Below, one piece after another: positions 1 to 8,654 of a stretch of DNA of 22,874 nt; positions within the stretch are counted from its first letter, which is position 1; each line of letters starts with the position of its first letter. Under the pieces are notes generated by a model. It made no database searches. It was not told where the DNA came from and saw nothing but the letters and a program-made list of their open reading frames with translations. Source of the stretch: a virus; the IMG/VR virus record IMGVR_UViG_3300025072_000056. One strand, given 5' to 3'. The position numbers and the translations under genes were made by a program.

Positions 1-225
1 ATACTAGAACTTGCAAAGGAATCTGAGCACCCTAGGACCTATGAGGTTGCGGGTCAGCTAATCAAAACTGTATCAGAAGTTACAGAAAGATTGGCGGACT
101 TACAAGAGAAGATGCAGAGATTGAAAGAGGTTCCTGATAAAGGACCCAAAAATGTCACCAATGCATTGTTTATTGGTTCAACAAAAGAACTTCAAGCACT
201 ACTAAAGAATAAATCTGATGAGTGA
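1..225 (+). CDS. gp16: Terminase small subunit (gp16), C-terminal part, truncated by the window edge
   Basis: Frame 1 from base 1 reads ILELAKESEHPRTYEVAGQLIK...KNVTNALFIGSTKELQALLKNKSDE*. The HPRxYEV and NALFxGST motifs are typical of T4-like gp16. It overlaps the gp17 start by 8 nt. Confidence 0.88.
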   Translation: MLELAKESEHPRTYEVAGQLIKTVSEVTERLADLQEKMQRLKEVPDKGPKNVTNALFIGSTKELQALLKNKSDE

Positions 226-1885
226 TAAGACCTATAAAGGTAATCCTAATTTACCTGCGGCAGGTTATAGGACAGAGTTTACAGAAGTTCAAGTAGCAGA
301 GTTTATCAAGTGCTCTAATAATCCTGCATATTTTATCCAGAAATATGTGAAGATTGTTAGTATTGATGAGGGGCTAGTCCCTTTCAATCTATATCCTTTT
401 CAGAAAGATATTATTGGTACTTTCCATAAGAACAGATTTACCATATGCAAACTGCCTAGACAGTCTGGTAAGTCTACTACTATTCTATCGTATCTGATTT
501 ATTATATTATCTTCAATGAAACAGTAAACGTGGCAATCCTTGCTAACAAAGCGGCAACAGCAAGAGACCTGTTATCTCGTTTACAGATGGCTTATGAGCA
601 TCTACCCAGTTGGTTACAGATGGGTGTGATGAACTGGAACAAAGGTTCCCTGGAGCTAGAAAATGGATCTAAAATCTTGGCTGCATCTACTAGTGCTAGT
701 GCTGTTCGTGGTGGCTCTTATAATATTATCTTCCTTGATGAGTTTGCGTTTGTGCCTTCTAACATTGCTGAACAGTTTTTCAGCTCGGTGTACCCGACTA
801 TTACTGCGGGAACGTCATCGAAAGTAATGATTGTATCTACTCCACACGGAATGAATATGTATTACAAGATGTGGATGGATGCAGTAAATGAAAAAAATGA
901 GTTTGTTCCTATTGAGGTGGCTTGGAACGAAGTGCCAGGCAGAGATGAAGCCTGGAAGAAACAGACTATAAAGAATACAAGTGAACAGCAATTCTTACAG
1001 GAGTTTGAGTGCTCGTTCCTGGGTAGTGTTGATACTCTGATATCACCCACAAAGATTCAAGTAATACCACACTTTGATCCTATTGAAAGTAGTGCTGGGT
1101 TGGATATTTTTGAGAAGCCGATAAAGGACCATCAGTATTGTATGACAGTTGATGTGGCCCGGGGCGCTGCAAATGATTACTCCGCCTTTGTGGTGATAGA
1201 TATTACCAAAATGCCTTACAAGTTAGTAGCGAAATACAGAAACAATGAGATAAAGCCTTTGGTATTTCCTGATGTGATTTATCGCACAGGCAAGACATAC
1301 AATGATTCTCATATACTTGTAGAGATAAATGATATCGGTGGTCAGGTGGCAGACGCTCTACACCACGATATGGCATACGAAAACATCATAATGACACAGA
1401 TGCGAGGTCGTTTAGGGCAGATAGTAGGGTCAGGGTTTGGTGATGCCCCTACAGATTTGGGTGTAAGAACTACCAAACAAGTAAAGAGAGTTGGTTGTTC
1501 TAACTTCAAACAGTTGATAGAAGGTGATAAGTTGTTAGTAAATGATTTTGATATCATTGCTGAAATGTCCACCTTTGTGCAGAAAGGGCAATCATTTGAG
1601 GGTGAAGATGGTTCTCCTGATGACTTGGTGATGTGCTTGGTGTTTTTCTCTTGGCTGACAGACCAACAGTATTTTAAGGACTTGACAGATGAAGATATCC
1701 GTACTAGACTATATGAAAGTCAAAGAGAAAACATAGAAGCTGATATGGCTCCGTTTGGATTTATTGATGATGGAGTCCATTACGGAGAAGATATTGTAGC
1801 ATTCACAGATGAGGATGGTGATTATTGGCGACCTGTTGAGGATACTCCAGACTTCTTTGATGATGATAGATTCTTAAAGCATTAG
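218..1885 (+). CDS. gp17: Terminase large subunit (gp17)
   Basis: 555 aa. N-terminal YKGNPNL, Walker A PRQSGKST, Walker B IIFLDEFAF, nuclease motifs TVDVARG and DDLVM. Confidence 0.97.
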   Translation: MSDKTYKGNPNLPAAGYRTEFTEVQVAEFIKCSNNPAYFIQKYVKIVSIDEGLVPFNLYPFQKDIIGTFHKNRFTICKLPRQSGKSTTILSYLIYYIIFNETVNVAILANKAATARDLLSRLQMAYEHLPSWLQMGVMNWNKGSLELENGSKILAASTSASAVRGGSYNIIFLDEFAFVPSNIAEQFFSSVYPTITAGTSSKVMIVSTPHGMNMYYKMWMDAVNEKNEFVPIEVAWNEVPGRDEAWKKQTIKNTSEQQFLQEFECSFLGSVDTLISPTKIQVIPHFDPIESSAGLDIFEKPIKDHQYCMTVDVARGAANDYSAFVVIDITKMPYKLVAKYRNNEIKPLVFPDVIYRTGKTYNDSHILVEINDIGGQVADALHHDMAYENIIMTQMRGRLGQIVGSGFGDAPTDLGVRTTKQVKRVGCSNFKQLIEGDKLLVNDFDIIAEMSTFVQKGQSFEGEDGSPDDLVMCLVFFSWLTDQQYFKDLTDEDIRTRLYESQRENIEADMAPFGFIDDGVHYGEDIVAFTDEDGDYWRPVEDTPDFFDDDRFLKH

Positions 1886-2154
1886 TGCGGCCAGCGAGGA
1901 TCAGTATCTTCTTTGATTAGTATGTGATACTCTCTGGACATAACACAATGGACACAGACAGGAAAACTATCTCTCATTAGTCCCATAGCCTCAGCATATT
2001 CTTCAGTCTTTTTGCCGAACCGTAACAAGTTGTGTTTTATTTTTTGATGATGTGGAAACCAGGTCAATAGGTGTGGTTCAGAAATACCACACACTTCACA
2101 ACTCTTACCATTGAGAGTTTCTATTAGTTTCAGTTTCCTTCCAACGTCCCTCAT
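1882..2154 (-). CDS. Small zinc-binding, degenerate HNH-like protein (about 90 aa; start reassigned to ATG at 2154)
   Basis: MRDVGRK...CEVCG...WFPHH...PVCVHCVMSREYH has two CxxC pairs spaced as in HNH proteins. A minus-strand TATAAATA lies 5 nt upstream of this ATG. The ORF-track extension to 2280 is AT-rich promoter DNA. Confidence 0.7.
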   Translation of the reverse strand: MRDVGRKLKLIETLNGKSCEVCGISEPHLLTWFPHHQKIKHNLLRFGKKTEEYAEAMGLMRDSFPVCVHCVMSREYHILIKEDTDPRWPH

Positions 2155-2159
2155 GCTGG

Positions 2160-2167
2160 TATTTATA
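2160..2167 (-). promoter_or_regulatory. T4-type late promoter TATAAATA (minus strand)
   Basis: Plus strand tatttata is the reverse complement of the exact gp55 consensus. Confidence 0.8.
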
Positions 2168-2204
2168 CAAATGTGTGTTTTCCAAATGTCTAAAAACAGA
2201 TTTG

Positions 2205-2212
2205 TATAAATA
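2205..2212 (+). promoter_or_regulatory. T4-type late promoter TATAAATA for gp18-gp19
   Basis: Exact consensus in the intergenic region upstream of tail sheath. SD AAGGAG lies at 2279-2284. Confidence 0.85.
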
Positions 2213-2295
2213 AAAGTGTAAAATTGAAAAAAGTTCTCTTTAATATGTGAACTAAACTTTGTTATATTAACAAAAAACAAGGAGAAAATAGAAAA

Positions 2296-4257
2296 ATGGC
2301 TGATCTAATTTCGCCTGGTATACAAGTAAAAGAAAAAGACTTAACCACAACGGTTAGAAGTGAACCCACTTCTATTGGTGGTATGGTTGGTGTTTTCCAG
2401 CAAGGTCCTATTGATGAGGTTGTTACAGTTGATTCTGAGCAAACTCTGATACAGATTTTTGGAAAACCTAATCTTACTAACTATCAATACTGGTTTAGTG
2501 CTGCTTCGTTTCTTGCTTACACCAATACTCTCAAACTAGTTAGAGCCGAAGTGACCGGGGCTGTTAATGCCGCTCACAGCGGTACTAATATTCTTATTAA
2601 GAATACAACTCATTATGCTGATGGTGACGGTGTAACAGGTCCTTATAGTGACGGTTCTGCTAATGTCGGTAACTGGGCTGCAAAAACAGCTGGAGAATGG
2701 GGCAATGCTCTAAAAATCTCCATGTGTGCGACTGCTGGTGCTTATTATGAAAGTAATAAGTCTACAGTTACACCAGCTGAAGCTGCTGGTCAAACAGTTA
2801 TTACTTTGGCAGATGGCTCTGGTTTTAATGTAGGTGATATCGTTTATTTTGATGAAGCTGATGGTCAGAAGTATAAAATCTCAGCAATATCTTCTAATGA
2901 TATTACTATCGTAAGATATCCCGCTTCTAATGCAACTGGTTTGGCAGAAGCTTTGCCGAACAATACTAATGCATCTCGATGGTGGGAGTTCTATGAGGAG
3001 TTTGATCGTGCACCTGGCACATCAGCGTATGCTACTGATAAGAGTTCAAGTGCTGATGAAATGCATATTATCGTTATTGATGCTACTGGTGTAATCAGTG
3101 GTGTTAAGAATGAAATTTTAGAGAAATGGACAGACCTATCAAAAGGTTCGGATGCTGTGACAGATGATGGCGCTGGTAATTATTATGCAGATGTTCTTTA
3201 TACATCTTCAGAATATATTTACTGGATGGATCATCCTGCCGGCACTTCTGATTGGGGAACGACTTGTGCTGCAGCTGCAGCATTTTCAAACCCAACCAAT
3301 ATTGTTGAAACCATAACTTTAACTGGTGGTGTTGGTGGAGCAGTTGCTCCGACCGAAGGTCAAAGACAAGTAGCGTATACTAAGGCATTTAGCGACCCTG
3401 ATGTTGAAGATGTAAATCTTCTGATTGCGGGTCCTGCTTCGGTAGGTAATACAGGTAGTACAACTCACGGTGTCTTTATGATTGATCTCGCAGAGAAGCG
3501 TAAAGATTGTGTTGCGTTTTTATCACCTGATAATAATGATGTTGTAAATATTGCTCGTAGCTACACACAGACTTCAAACGTAGAGGCTTATTTTGATGCT
3601 TTGGCGAGTTCGTCTTATGTAGTATTCGATAGTGGTTATACAAAACAGTATGATAAGTACAATGACGTTATGCGTTGGGTACCTCTAAACGGTCATATGG
3701 CTGGTCTCTGTGCTCGCACAGACCATCTGGAAGATGCGTGGTGGTCACCTGCTGGTTTGAACCGTGGACAGATTCGTAGTTCTATCCAATTGGCTTACAA
3801 TCCAAAGCAAACAGAACGTGATGAACTTTATCGTGCTCGTATCAATCCCGTAGTAACATTCCCGGGTGAAGGTACGATGCTGTTTGGTGACAAAACTGGC
3901 TTGGCAAAGAATAGTGCGTTTAGTCGTATTAATGTTCGCCGGCTATTCCTCGTAATTGAGGAGGCTATTAAATTAGCAGCTCGTACAGTTCTTTTTGAAT
4001 TCAACGATGAATTCACAAGAAATAATTTCAGGGCTATGGTTGATCCATATCTGAGAGATATCCAGAGCAGACGTGGTATTATCGACTTCCTAACAGTGTG
4101 TGATGAAACAAATAACACACCTCAGGTAATTGATAATAATGAATTCCGGGCTGATTTTTACATCAAGCCGGCACGTTCAATTAACTTCATCACACTGACA
4201 TTCATTGCAACACGAACAGGTGTTGACTTCAATGAAATCGTCGGTAGAGCCGGATAA
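2296..4257 (+). CDS. gp18: Tail sheath protein (gp18)
   Basis: 653 aa. N-terminal SPGIQVKEKDLT; C-terminal WWSPAGLNRG, RINVRRLF, FEFNDEFTR and IKPARSINFITLTF motifs. Confidence 0.97.
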   Translation: MADLISPGIQVKEKDLTTTVRSEPTSIGGMVGVFQQGPIDEVVTVDSEQTLIQIFGKPNLTNYQYWFSAASFLAYTNTLKLVRAEVTGAVNAAHSGTNILIKNTTHYADGDGVTGPYSDGSANVGNWAAKTAGEWGNALKISMCATAGAYYESNKSTVTPAEAAGQTVITLADGSGFNVGDIVYFDEADGQKYKISAISSNDITIVRYPASNATGLAEALPNNTNASRWWEFYEEFDRAPGTSAYATDKSSSADEMHIIVIDATGVISGVKNEILEKWTDLSKGSDAVTDDGAGNYYADVLYTSSEYIYWMDHPAGTSDWGTTCAAAAAFSNPTNIVETITLTGGVGGAVAPTEGQRQVAYTKAFSDPDVEDVNLLIAGPASVGNTGSTTHGVFMIDLAEKRKDCVAFLSPDNNDVVNIARSYTQTSNVEAYFDALASSSYVVFDSGYTKQYDKYNDVMRWVPLNGHMAGLCARTDHLEDAWWSPAGLNRGQIRSSIQLAYNPKQTERDELYRARINPVVTFPGEGTMLFGDKTGLAKNSAFSRINVRRLFLVIEEAIKLAARTVLFEFNDEFTRNNFRAMVDPYLRDIQSRRGIIDFLTVCDETNNTPQVIDNNEFRADFYIKPARSINFITLTFIATRTGVDFNEIVGRAG

Positions 4258-4270
4258 GGGAGGATAAGAA

Positions 4271-4828
4271 ATGTCTAATTTAAATACATTTGTACAGAAT
4301 CTCGCCGGTGGTGGTGCTCGTGCTAACCAGTATGAGATTCAAATTACTGGTTCGCCAGTTCCTAATGGTACGTTTTCGTTTCTGTGCCGTTCAGCTCAGA
4401 TTCCTGGCATGACTGTCGGTGAAGTCCCAGTGGCTTACCGTGGTCGTCAGATTTTTGTTGCTGGTGATCGCACATATGATGCTTGGACTGTTACTGTATT
4501 CAGTGATACTGCATGGACTTTGAGAAATTCCTTTGAAGCTTGGAGTCATCAGATTGCCCATACGGAAGCTGAGGCTACAGGTGCTACAGCTCCTAATGAG
4601 TATTATGCTACTGCTGAGGTGAAACAGTTTGATCGAGCGGGAGGCACTAGGGCTAATTATTTCTTAGCTGATTGCTGGCCGACTACGGTTGATCCAATTG
4701 ATCTTGCTTATGACACTAATGACGCCGTAATGGAGTTTGGTGTTACTTTGCGATTCAACTATCTGACAATAGGTGCTGGTGGTGCAGGCGGAGGTCAAGC
4801 TGGTCCTCGAGGCAGAGCAGGCCGATAA
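4271..4828 (+). CDS. gp19: Tail tube protein (gp19)
   Basis: GGGARANQYE, PVAYRGRQIFVAGDRTYDAWTVT and WPTTVDPIDL motifs; directly follows gp18. Confidence 0.95.
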   Translation: MSNLNTFVQNLAGGGARANQYEIQITGSPVPNGTFSFLCRSAQIPGMTVGEVPVAYRGRQIFVAGDRTYDAWTVTVFSDTAWTLRNSFEAWSHQIAHTEAEATGATAPNEYYATAEVKQFDRAGGTRANYFLADCWPTTVDPIDLAYDTNDAVMEFGVTLRFNYLTIGAGGAGGGQAGPRGRAGR

Positions 4829-4864
4829 TTGAAAGCTTAGTTTGAAATAATGTTTTATATTATG

Positions 4865-4872
4865 TATAAATA
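4865..4872 (+). promoter_or_regulatory. Late promoter TATAAATA for gp20
   Basis: Exact consensus 8 nt before the portal ATG. Confidence 0.85.
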
Positions 4873-4880
4873 GTTATGTT

Positions 4881-6542
4881 ATGGCAGAACTATTTGGATT
4901 TGAGATAAAGAAAAAGAAGGAGACGGGCGGCAAGGCGCAAAGCTTTGTCGCCCCATCCGACGAGGAAGGTACACTAGATATTGCTGGTGGTGCCGGGTTT
5001 TTTAGTCAGTACCTAAACCTGGATAAAGCAGCAAAGAATGACTGGGACCTGATTCGTAAATATCGTTCAACAGCTGAAGCACCTGAGTGTGATCAGGCGT
5101 TGGAAGATATTGTATGCGAGGCTATCACTTCAGACGAAACAGATACCTCAGTAAAAATTAATTTGGACCTAGTCCATTTATCATCCTCTGTAAAGAAAAA
5201 AGTCATTGCAGAGTTTGATGAGATTTTGCGGCTTTTGGAATGGAAAGATAAAGCACACGAAATCTTTAGACGGTGGTATATTGACGGACGTATCTATTAT
5301 CATAAGTTAGTAGAACAAAATTCCGCTCGAAAAGGCATCACCGAAGTCCGTTACATTGATCCTAAATTTATTAAAAAGGTTCGTGTAATTGAAAAGGACA
5401 AAGGTACAAATAATAAGGATGGTATTGAGCTTGTTAAATCAGTTCAAGAATTTTACTTATTTAATGAAGGTGGTGTGTATCCTGGTCTTACAGGAATACA
5501 AACACAGATAAAAAATTCCCAAGGGTTGAAGATTGCTCCTGACAGTGTAACTTTTGTCACCTCAGGCATTTACAATCCTACAACAAAACAGGTGTATGGT
5601 CATTTACATAAGGCCATCAAGCCTGTAAATCAATTACGAATGATGGAAGATGCGTTAGTTATCTATCGTATCAGTCGTGCTCCAGAAAGACGTATCTTTT
5701 ATATTGATGTGGGTAATCTACCCAAACCTAAAGCAGAATCTTATTTGAAAGATGTAATGAGTCGTTATCGTAATAAGGTTGTGTATGATGGTGCTACTGG
5801 TGAAGTCAAAGATGACCGTAACCAAATGTCAATGTTAGAGGACTTCTGGTTGCCACGTAGAGAAGGTGGTAGAGGTACAGAAATCACAACACTACCTGGC
5901 GGCACAAATCTCGGAGAAATGGAAGACGTAAACTATTTCAAAGAGAAACTTTATCGTTCACTAAACATCCCCGCTTCTCGTTTGATTACAGATACAGGCT
6001 TTAATATGGGCCGGTCAGCTGAAATCACAAGAGATGAAGTGAAGTTTGCTAAATTTATTCAGAAGTTGAGAAAAAGATTTAGTAAAATCTTCCAAGATAT
6101 GCTCAAGACTCAATTGGTATTGAAGGGTATCATAACGATAGATGATTGGGATAAGATAAAAGAAAAAGTTGTTTATGATTTCTATGATGATAACCATTTC
6201 TATGAGTTAAAAGATGCTGAGATACTGAAAGAGCGTGTAGAGCAATTGCAGTTGATGAGTGAATATATCGGTACTTATTATTCTGTTCAATGGATTAGAA
6301 AGAATGTCTTGAAGCAGACCGATGAAGAAATGGAAGAGATTGATAATCAGATTGATAATGAAAAATCTGAAGGTGGAATAGATCCAGAAGCCGGTACTGG
6401 TATGGGTGGTCCTGAAGGTGGATTTGGTGATCCAACTAGAGGCGTAGAACAGGAACCTGAATACCCACCTGAGCAGGGTGGAATGCCACCTGATGCGGAT
6501 GAGCCCGAAAATAAGGGTAAGCCGGAATCACAAAACCTATAA
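4881..6542 (+). CDS. gp20: Portal protein (gp20)
   Basis: MAELFGFEI start, RRWYIDGR, YRISRAPERRIFYIDVGNLPK and EDFWLPRREGGRGTEITTLPGG motifs. Confidence 0.98.
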   Translation: MAELFGFEIKKKKETGGKAQSFVAPSDEEGTLDIAGGAGFFSQYLNLDKAAKNDWDLIRKYRSTAEAPECDQALEDIVCEAITSDETDTSVKINLDLVHLSSSVKKKVIAEFDEILRLLEWKDKAHEIFRRWYIDGRIYYHKLVEQNSARKGITEVRYIDPKFIKKVRVIEKDKGTNNKDGIELVKSVQEFYLFNEGGVYPGLTGIQTQIKNSQGLKIAPDSVTFVTSGIYNPTTKQVYGHLHKAIKPVNQLRMMEDALVIYRISRAPERRIFYIDVGNLPKPKAESYLKDVMSRYRNKVVYDGATGEVKDDRNQMSMLEDFWLPRREGGRGTEITTLPGGTNLGEMEDVNYFKEKLYRSLNIPASRLITDTGFNMGRSAEITRDEVKFAKFIQKLRKRFSKIFQDMLKTQLVLKGIITIDDWDKIKEKVVYDFYDDNHFYELKDAEILKERVEQLQLMSEYIGTYYSVQWIRKNVLKQTDEEMEEIDNQIDNEKSEGGIDPEAGTGMGGPEGGFGDPTRGVEQEPEYPPEQGGMPPDADEPENKGKPESQNL

Positions 6543-6545
6543 ATA
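6538..6545 (+). promoter_or_regulatory. Late promoter TATAAATA overlapping the gp20 stop codon
   Basis: Exact consensus, followed by AAGGA and the ATG at 6566. Confidence 0.8.
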
Positions 6546-6565
6546 GTAACAAGGAAATAAATATT

Positions 6566-6784
6566 ATGGCTAAAACAACAAAGGACATGATAGGTTCTAT
6601 CATTGACGGTGACCTTGCTCGGGCTAATAAAGAGTTTGACGAGATATTAGCAGCTAAACGTGCATCAGAATGGGAAGGGATTAAACAAGATTTCGCCCGT
6701 ACAGCATTTGATGAAGTAACTCCAGAAGTTACACATGAGCCCGTAGATACTGGAATAACAGGAGAACCAGAGGAAGAAAAATGA
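6566..6784 (+). CDS. Small acidic prohead core protein (gp67-like)
   Basis: 72 aa with an acidic C-terminus, sitting between portal and prohead protease as gp67 does. Assigned by position only. Confidence 0.6.
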   Translation: MAKTTKDMIGSIIDGDLARANKEFDEILAAKRASEWEGIKQDFARTAFDEVTPEVTHEPVDTGITGEPEEEK

Positions 6785-7425
6785 AACTAATATCAGAACA
6801 CATGGGTTTTGTTGAGTATATTACCGAAGATGGTGACACCGGTAAAAAGAATTATAAAATCCGCGGTGTCTTTATGCAAGCTGATATAAAAAACCGTAAT
6901 AATCGGATGTATCCTGGGGAAATTTTAGAGAAAGAAGTAAAGAGATACAACAAAGAGTACATTCAACAGAATCGTGCTTTTGGTGAGTTAGGTCATCCTG
7001 ATGGACCTACGGTGAATCTTGAAAGGGTGTCACATATGATTACAGACCTTTATCCAGATGGAAAGAATTTCATCGGTGAGGCTAAAATCCTAGACACTCC
7101 TTATGGCAAGATTGTAAAGAATCTCATAGATGAAGGTGCCAAGCTTGGTGTTTCATCTAGAGGTATGGGTTCATTAGAACCAAGACGAGATATGCACGTT
7201 GTCAAAGATGATTTTTATCTAGCAACTGCGGCCGATATTGTTGCAGATCCTTCTGCACCATCTGCTTTTGTAGAAGGTATTATGGAAGGAAAAGAATGGG
7301 TTTGGAATAATGGCGTAGTAAGAGAGGTTGATATTGCTGAATATCGTAAAGATTTGAGTAAAAAGACTAAAGACCGAGAAGAAAAACACATAAAAGTGTT
7401 TGAAAACTTCATGTCTAAACTCTGA
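6781..7425 (+). CDS. gp21: Prohead protease (gp21)
   Basis: MKLISE start, KNRNNRMYP, GELGHPDGPTVNLERVSH, LGVSSRGMGSL and DIVADPSAP motifs. Confidence 0.97.
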   Translation: MKLISEHMGFVEYITEDGDTGKKNYKIRGVFMQADIKNRNNRMYPGEILEKEVKRYNKEYIQQNRAFGELGHPDGPTVNLERVSHMITDLYPDGKNFIGEAKILDTPYGKIVKNLIDEGAKLGVSSRGMGSLEPRRDMHVVKDDFYLATAADIVADPSAPSAFVEGIMEGKEWVWNNGVVREVDIAEYRKDLSKKTKDREEKHIKVFENFMSKL

Positions 7426-7429
7426 AAAT

Positions 7430-7437
7430 AATAAATA
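7430..7437 (+). promoter_or_regulatory. Probable late promoter variant AATAAATA for gp22-gp23
   Basis: One mismatch to TATAAATA in the gp21-gp22 gap; the region is AT-rich, so a chance match is possible. Confidence 0.5.
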
Positions 7438-7478
7438 ACTAATACAGTATAATAACAAATACAGGGAGTTATCCAACA

Positions 7479-8630
7479 ATGACAGATATCAACACAGAGT
7501 TAGAAGCTATCGCCGCAGAAGAATTAGGTGACGAGCAACTGACCGAAGTAGCTGCAGACGAGCCCAAGAAAGGTGCTGCCGCCGCCATGCCGCCTGAGAA
7601 GGTGGAAGGTGAGCGTCAGGATATGGGTCCTGCCGTTGTTTCTCCTGATGCCAAATCTGATCCTGGTAAAGAAGCTTCAAAAAAGGCGAAGAAGTCTCCT
7701 GACTTGCCCGATAAGGGTAAGCCATCAGACGCTTCTCCGTCAGCTATGGGTGACGGAAGTGGTCCTATGAAATCAGGTGCTCGTGAAGAAGTAGAGTATG
7801 ATGAGGACGCAGAAGTCGAAGCTATCGCTGAAGAAGAAGATACCCAAGATGAAATGGTAGAAGGGGAAACGATTGAAGATCGTGTTTCTGCTATGGATCT
7901 TTCTGATGATGTTAATGCTCTGACAGAAGGGGAAGACCTTTCGGAAGAGTTTAAAGAGAAAGCCGCAACAATTTTTGAAGCAGCTATCAAAGCTAAACTC
8001 CAAGCAGAGATTGAACATCTTGACGAAATATACCAAGCACAATTTGATAAGGAACTTGAAGAAGCCAAATCTGCAATTGCAGAGAAGGTAGATTCATACC
8101 TTTCATATGTAGTAGAAGAATGGATGAAGAAGAACGAAATCGCTCTAGAGCATAAGCTCAAGACAGAAATCGCTGAAAGCTTTATCAAAGGTCTCAAGAC
8201 CCTCTTTGAAGAGCATAATGTTGCTATTCCCGATGAACAGTTTGACGTTCTAGACGCAGCCGCCGATCAGGTGAATGAACTAGAAGCTAAGTTGAATGAA
8301 ACCATCGAAAGTAATATGGCTCTTTTACAGGAAGTTAATTCCTTAAAGAGAAATGAGATCCTTCTTGATGTTGCTTCTGATCTAGCAGATACAGAAGTAG
8401 AGAAGTTTGCTGAACTTGCGGGAACTGTTGATTACGAGAACGAGGAAGATTTTCGTCAGAAAGTCGATACGATCAAAGAATCATATTTTCCAAAAGAAAA
8501 ATCAGCAACCAATAATGATACAGCCGAAGTAGATACGACAGAAGATGTGGACGTGTCCGACACAATGGCTGCTTATTTGTCTGCTATCACACGCACTGAA
8601 AAGCGCGCCGTGGCAGCACCCAAAGTTTAA
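7479..8630 (+). CDS. gp22: Prohead core scaffold protein (gp22)
   Basis: Acidic coiled-coil protein with LSEEFKEKAATIFEAA, KVDSYLSYVVEEW and IKESYF motifs; lies directly upstream of the major capsid gene. Confidence 0.93.
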   Translation: MTDINTELEAIAAEELGDEQLTEVAADEPKKGAAAAMPPEKVEGERQDMGPAVVSPDAKSDPGKEASKKAKKSPDLPDKGKPSDASPSAMGDGSGPMKSGAREEVEYDEDAEVEAIAEEEDTQDEMVEGETIEDRVSAMDLSDDVNALTEGEDLSEEFKEKAATIFEAAIKAKLQAEIEHLDEIYQAQFDKELEEAKSAIAEKVDSYLSYVVEEWMKKNEIALEHKLKTEIAESFIKGLKTLFEEHNVAIPDEQFDVLDAAADQVNELEAKLNETIESNMALLQEVNSLKRNEILLDVASDLADTEVEKFAELAGTVDYENEEDFRQKVDTIKESYFPKEKSATNNDTAEVDTTEDVDVSDTMAAYLSAITRTEKRAVAAPKV

Positions 8631-8654
8631 CACATAATAGGGAGAAAATAACAA

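Noticed and set aside
2155-2280. N-terminal 42 codons of the minus-strand ORF as given in the track
   Set aside because: They span the AT-rich divergent promoter region, and the minus-strand late promoter lies downstream of them.
4852-4870. TTTATA/TATAAA inverted repeat at the gp20 promoter as a second divergent promoter
   Set aside because: The minus-strand copy (TATAAAAC) has two mismatches, the repeat is only 6 bp in AT-rich DNA, and there is no minus-strand gene.
6360-6542. Gly/Pro/Glu-rich C-terminal tail of the portal
   Set aside because: Variable disordered C-termini are usual for gp20 in environmental T4-like phages.
7616-8197. 193-aa minus-strand ORF (and the other ORF-track entries nested in gp17, gp18, gp20-23, uvsW, gp46, dam and both late accessory genes)
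   Set aside because: These are antisense or alternate-frame shadows of well-supported genes. They have Ser/Phe-rich composition mirroring the sense codons, and no SD, promoter or recognisable motif.
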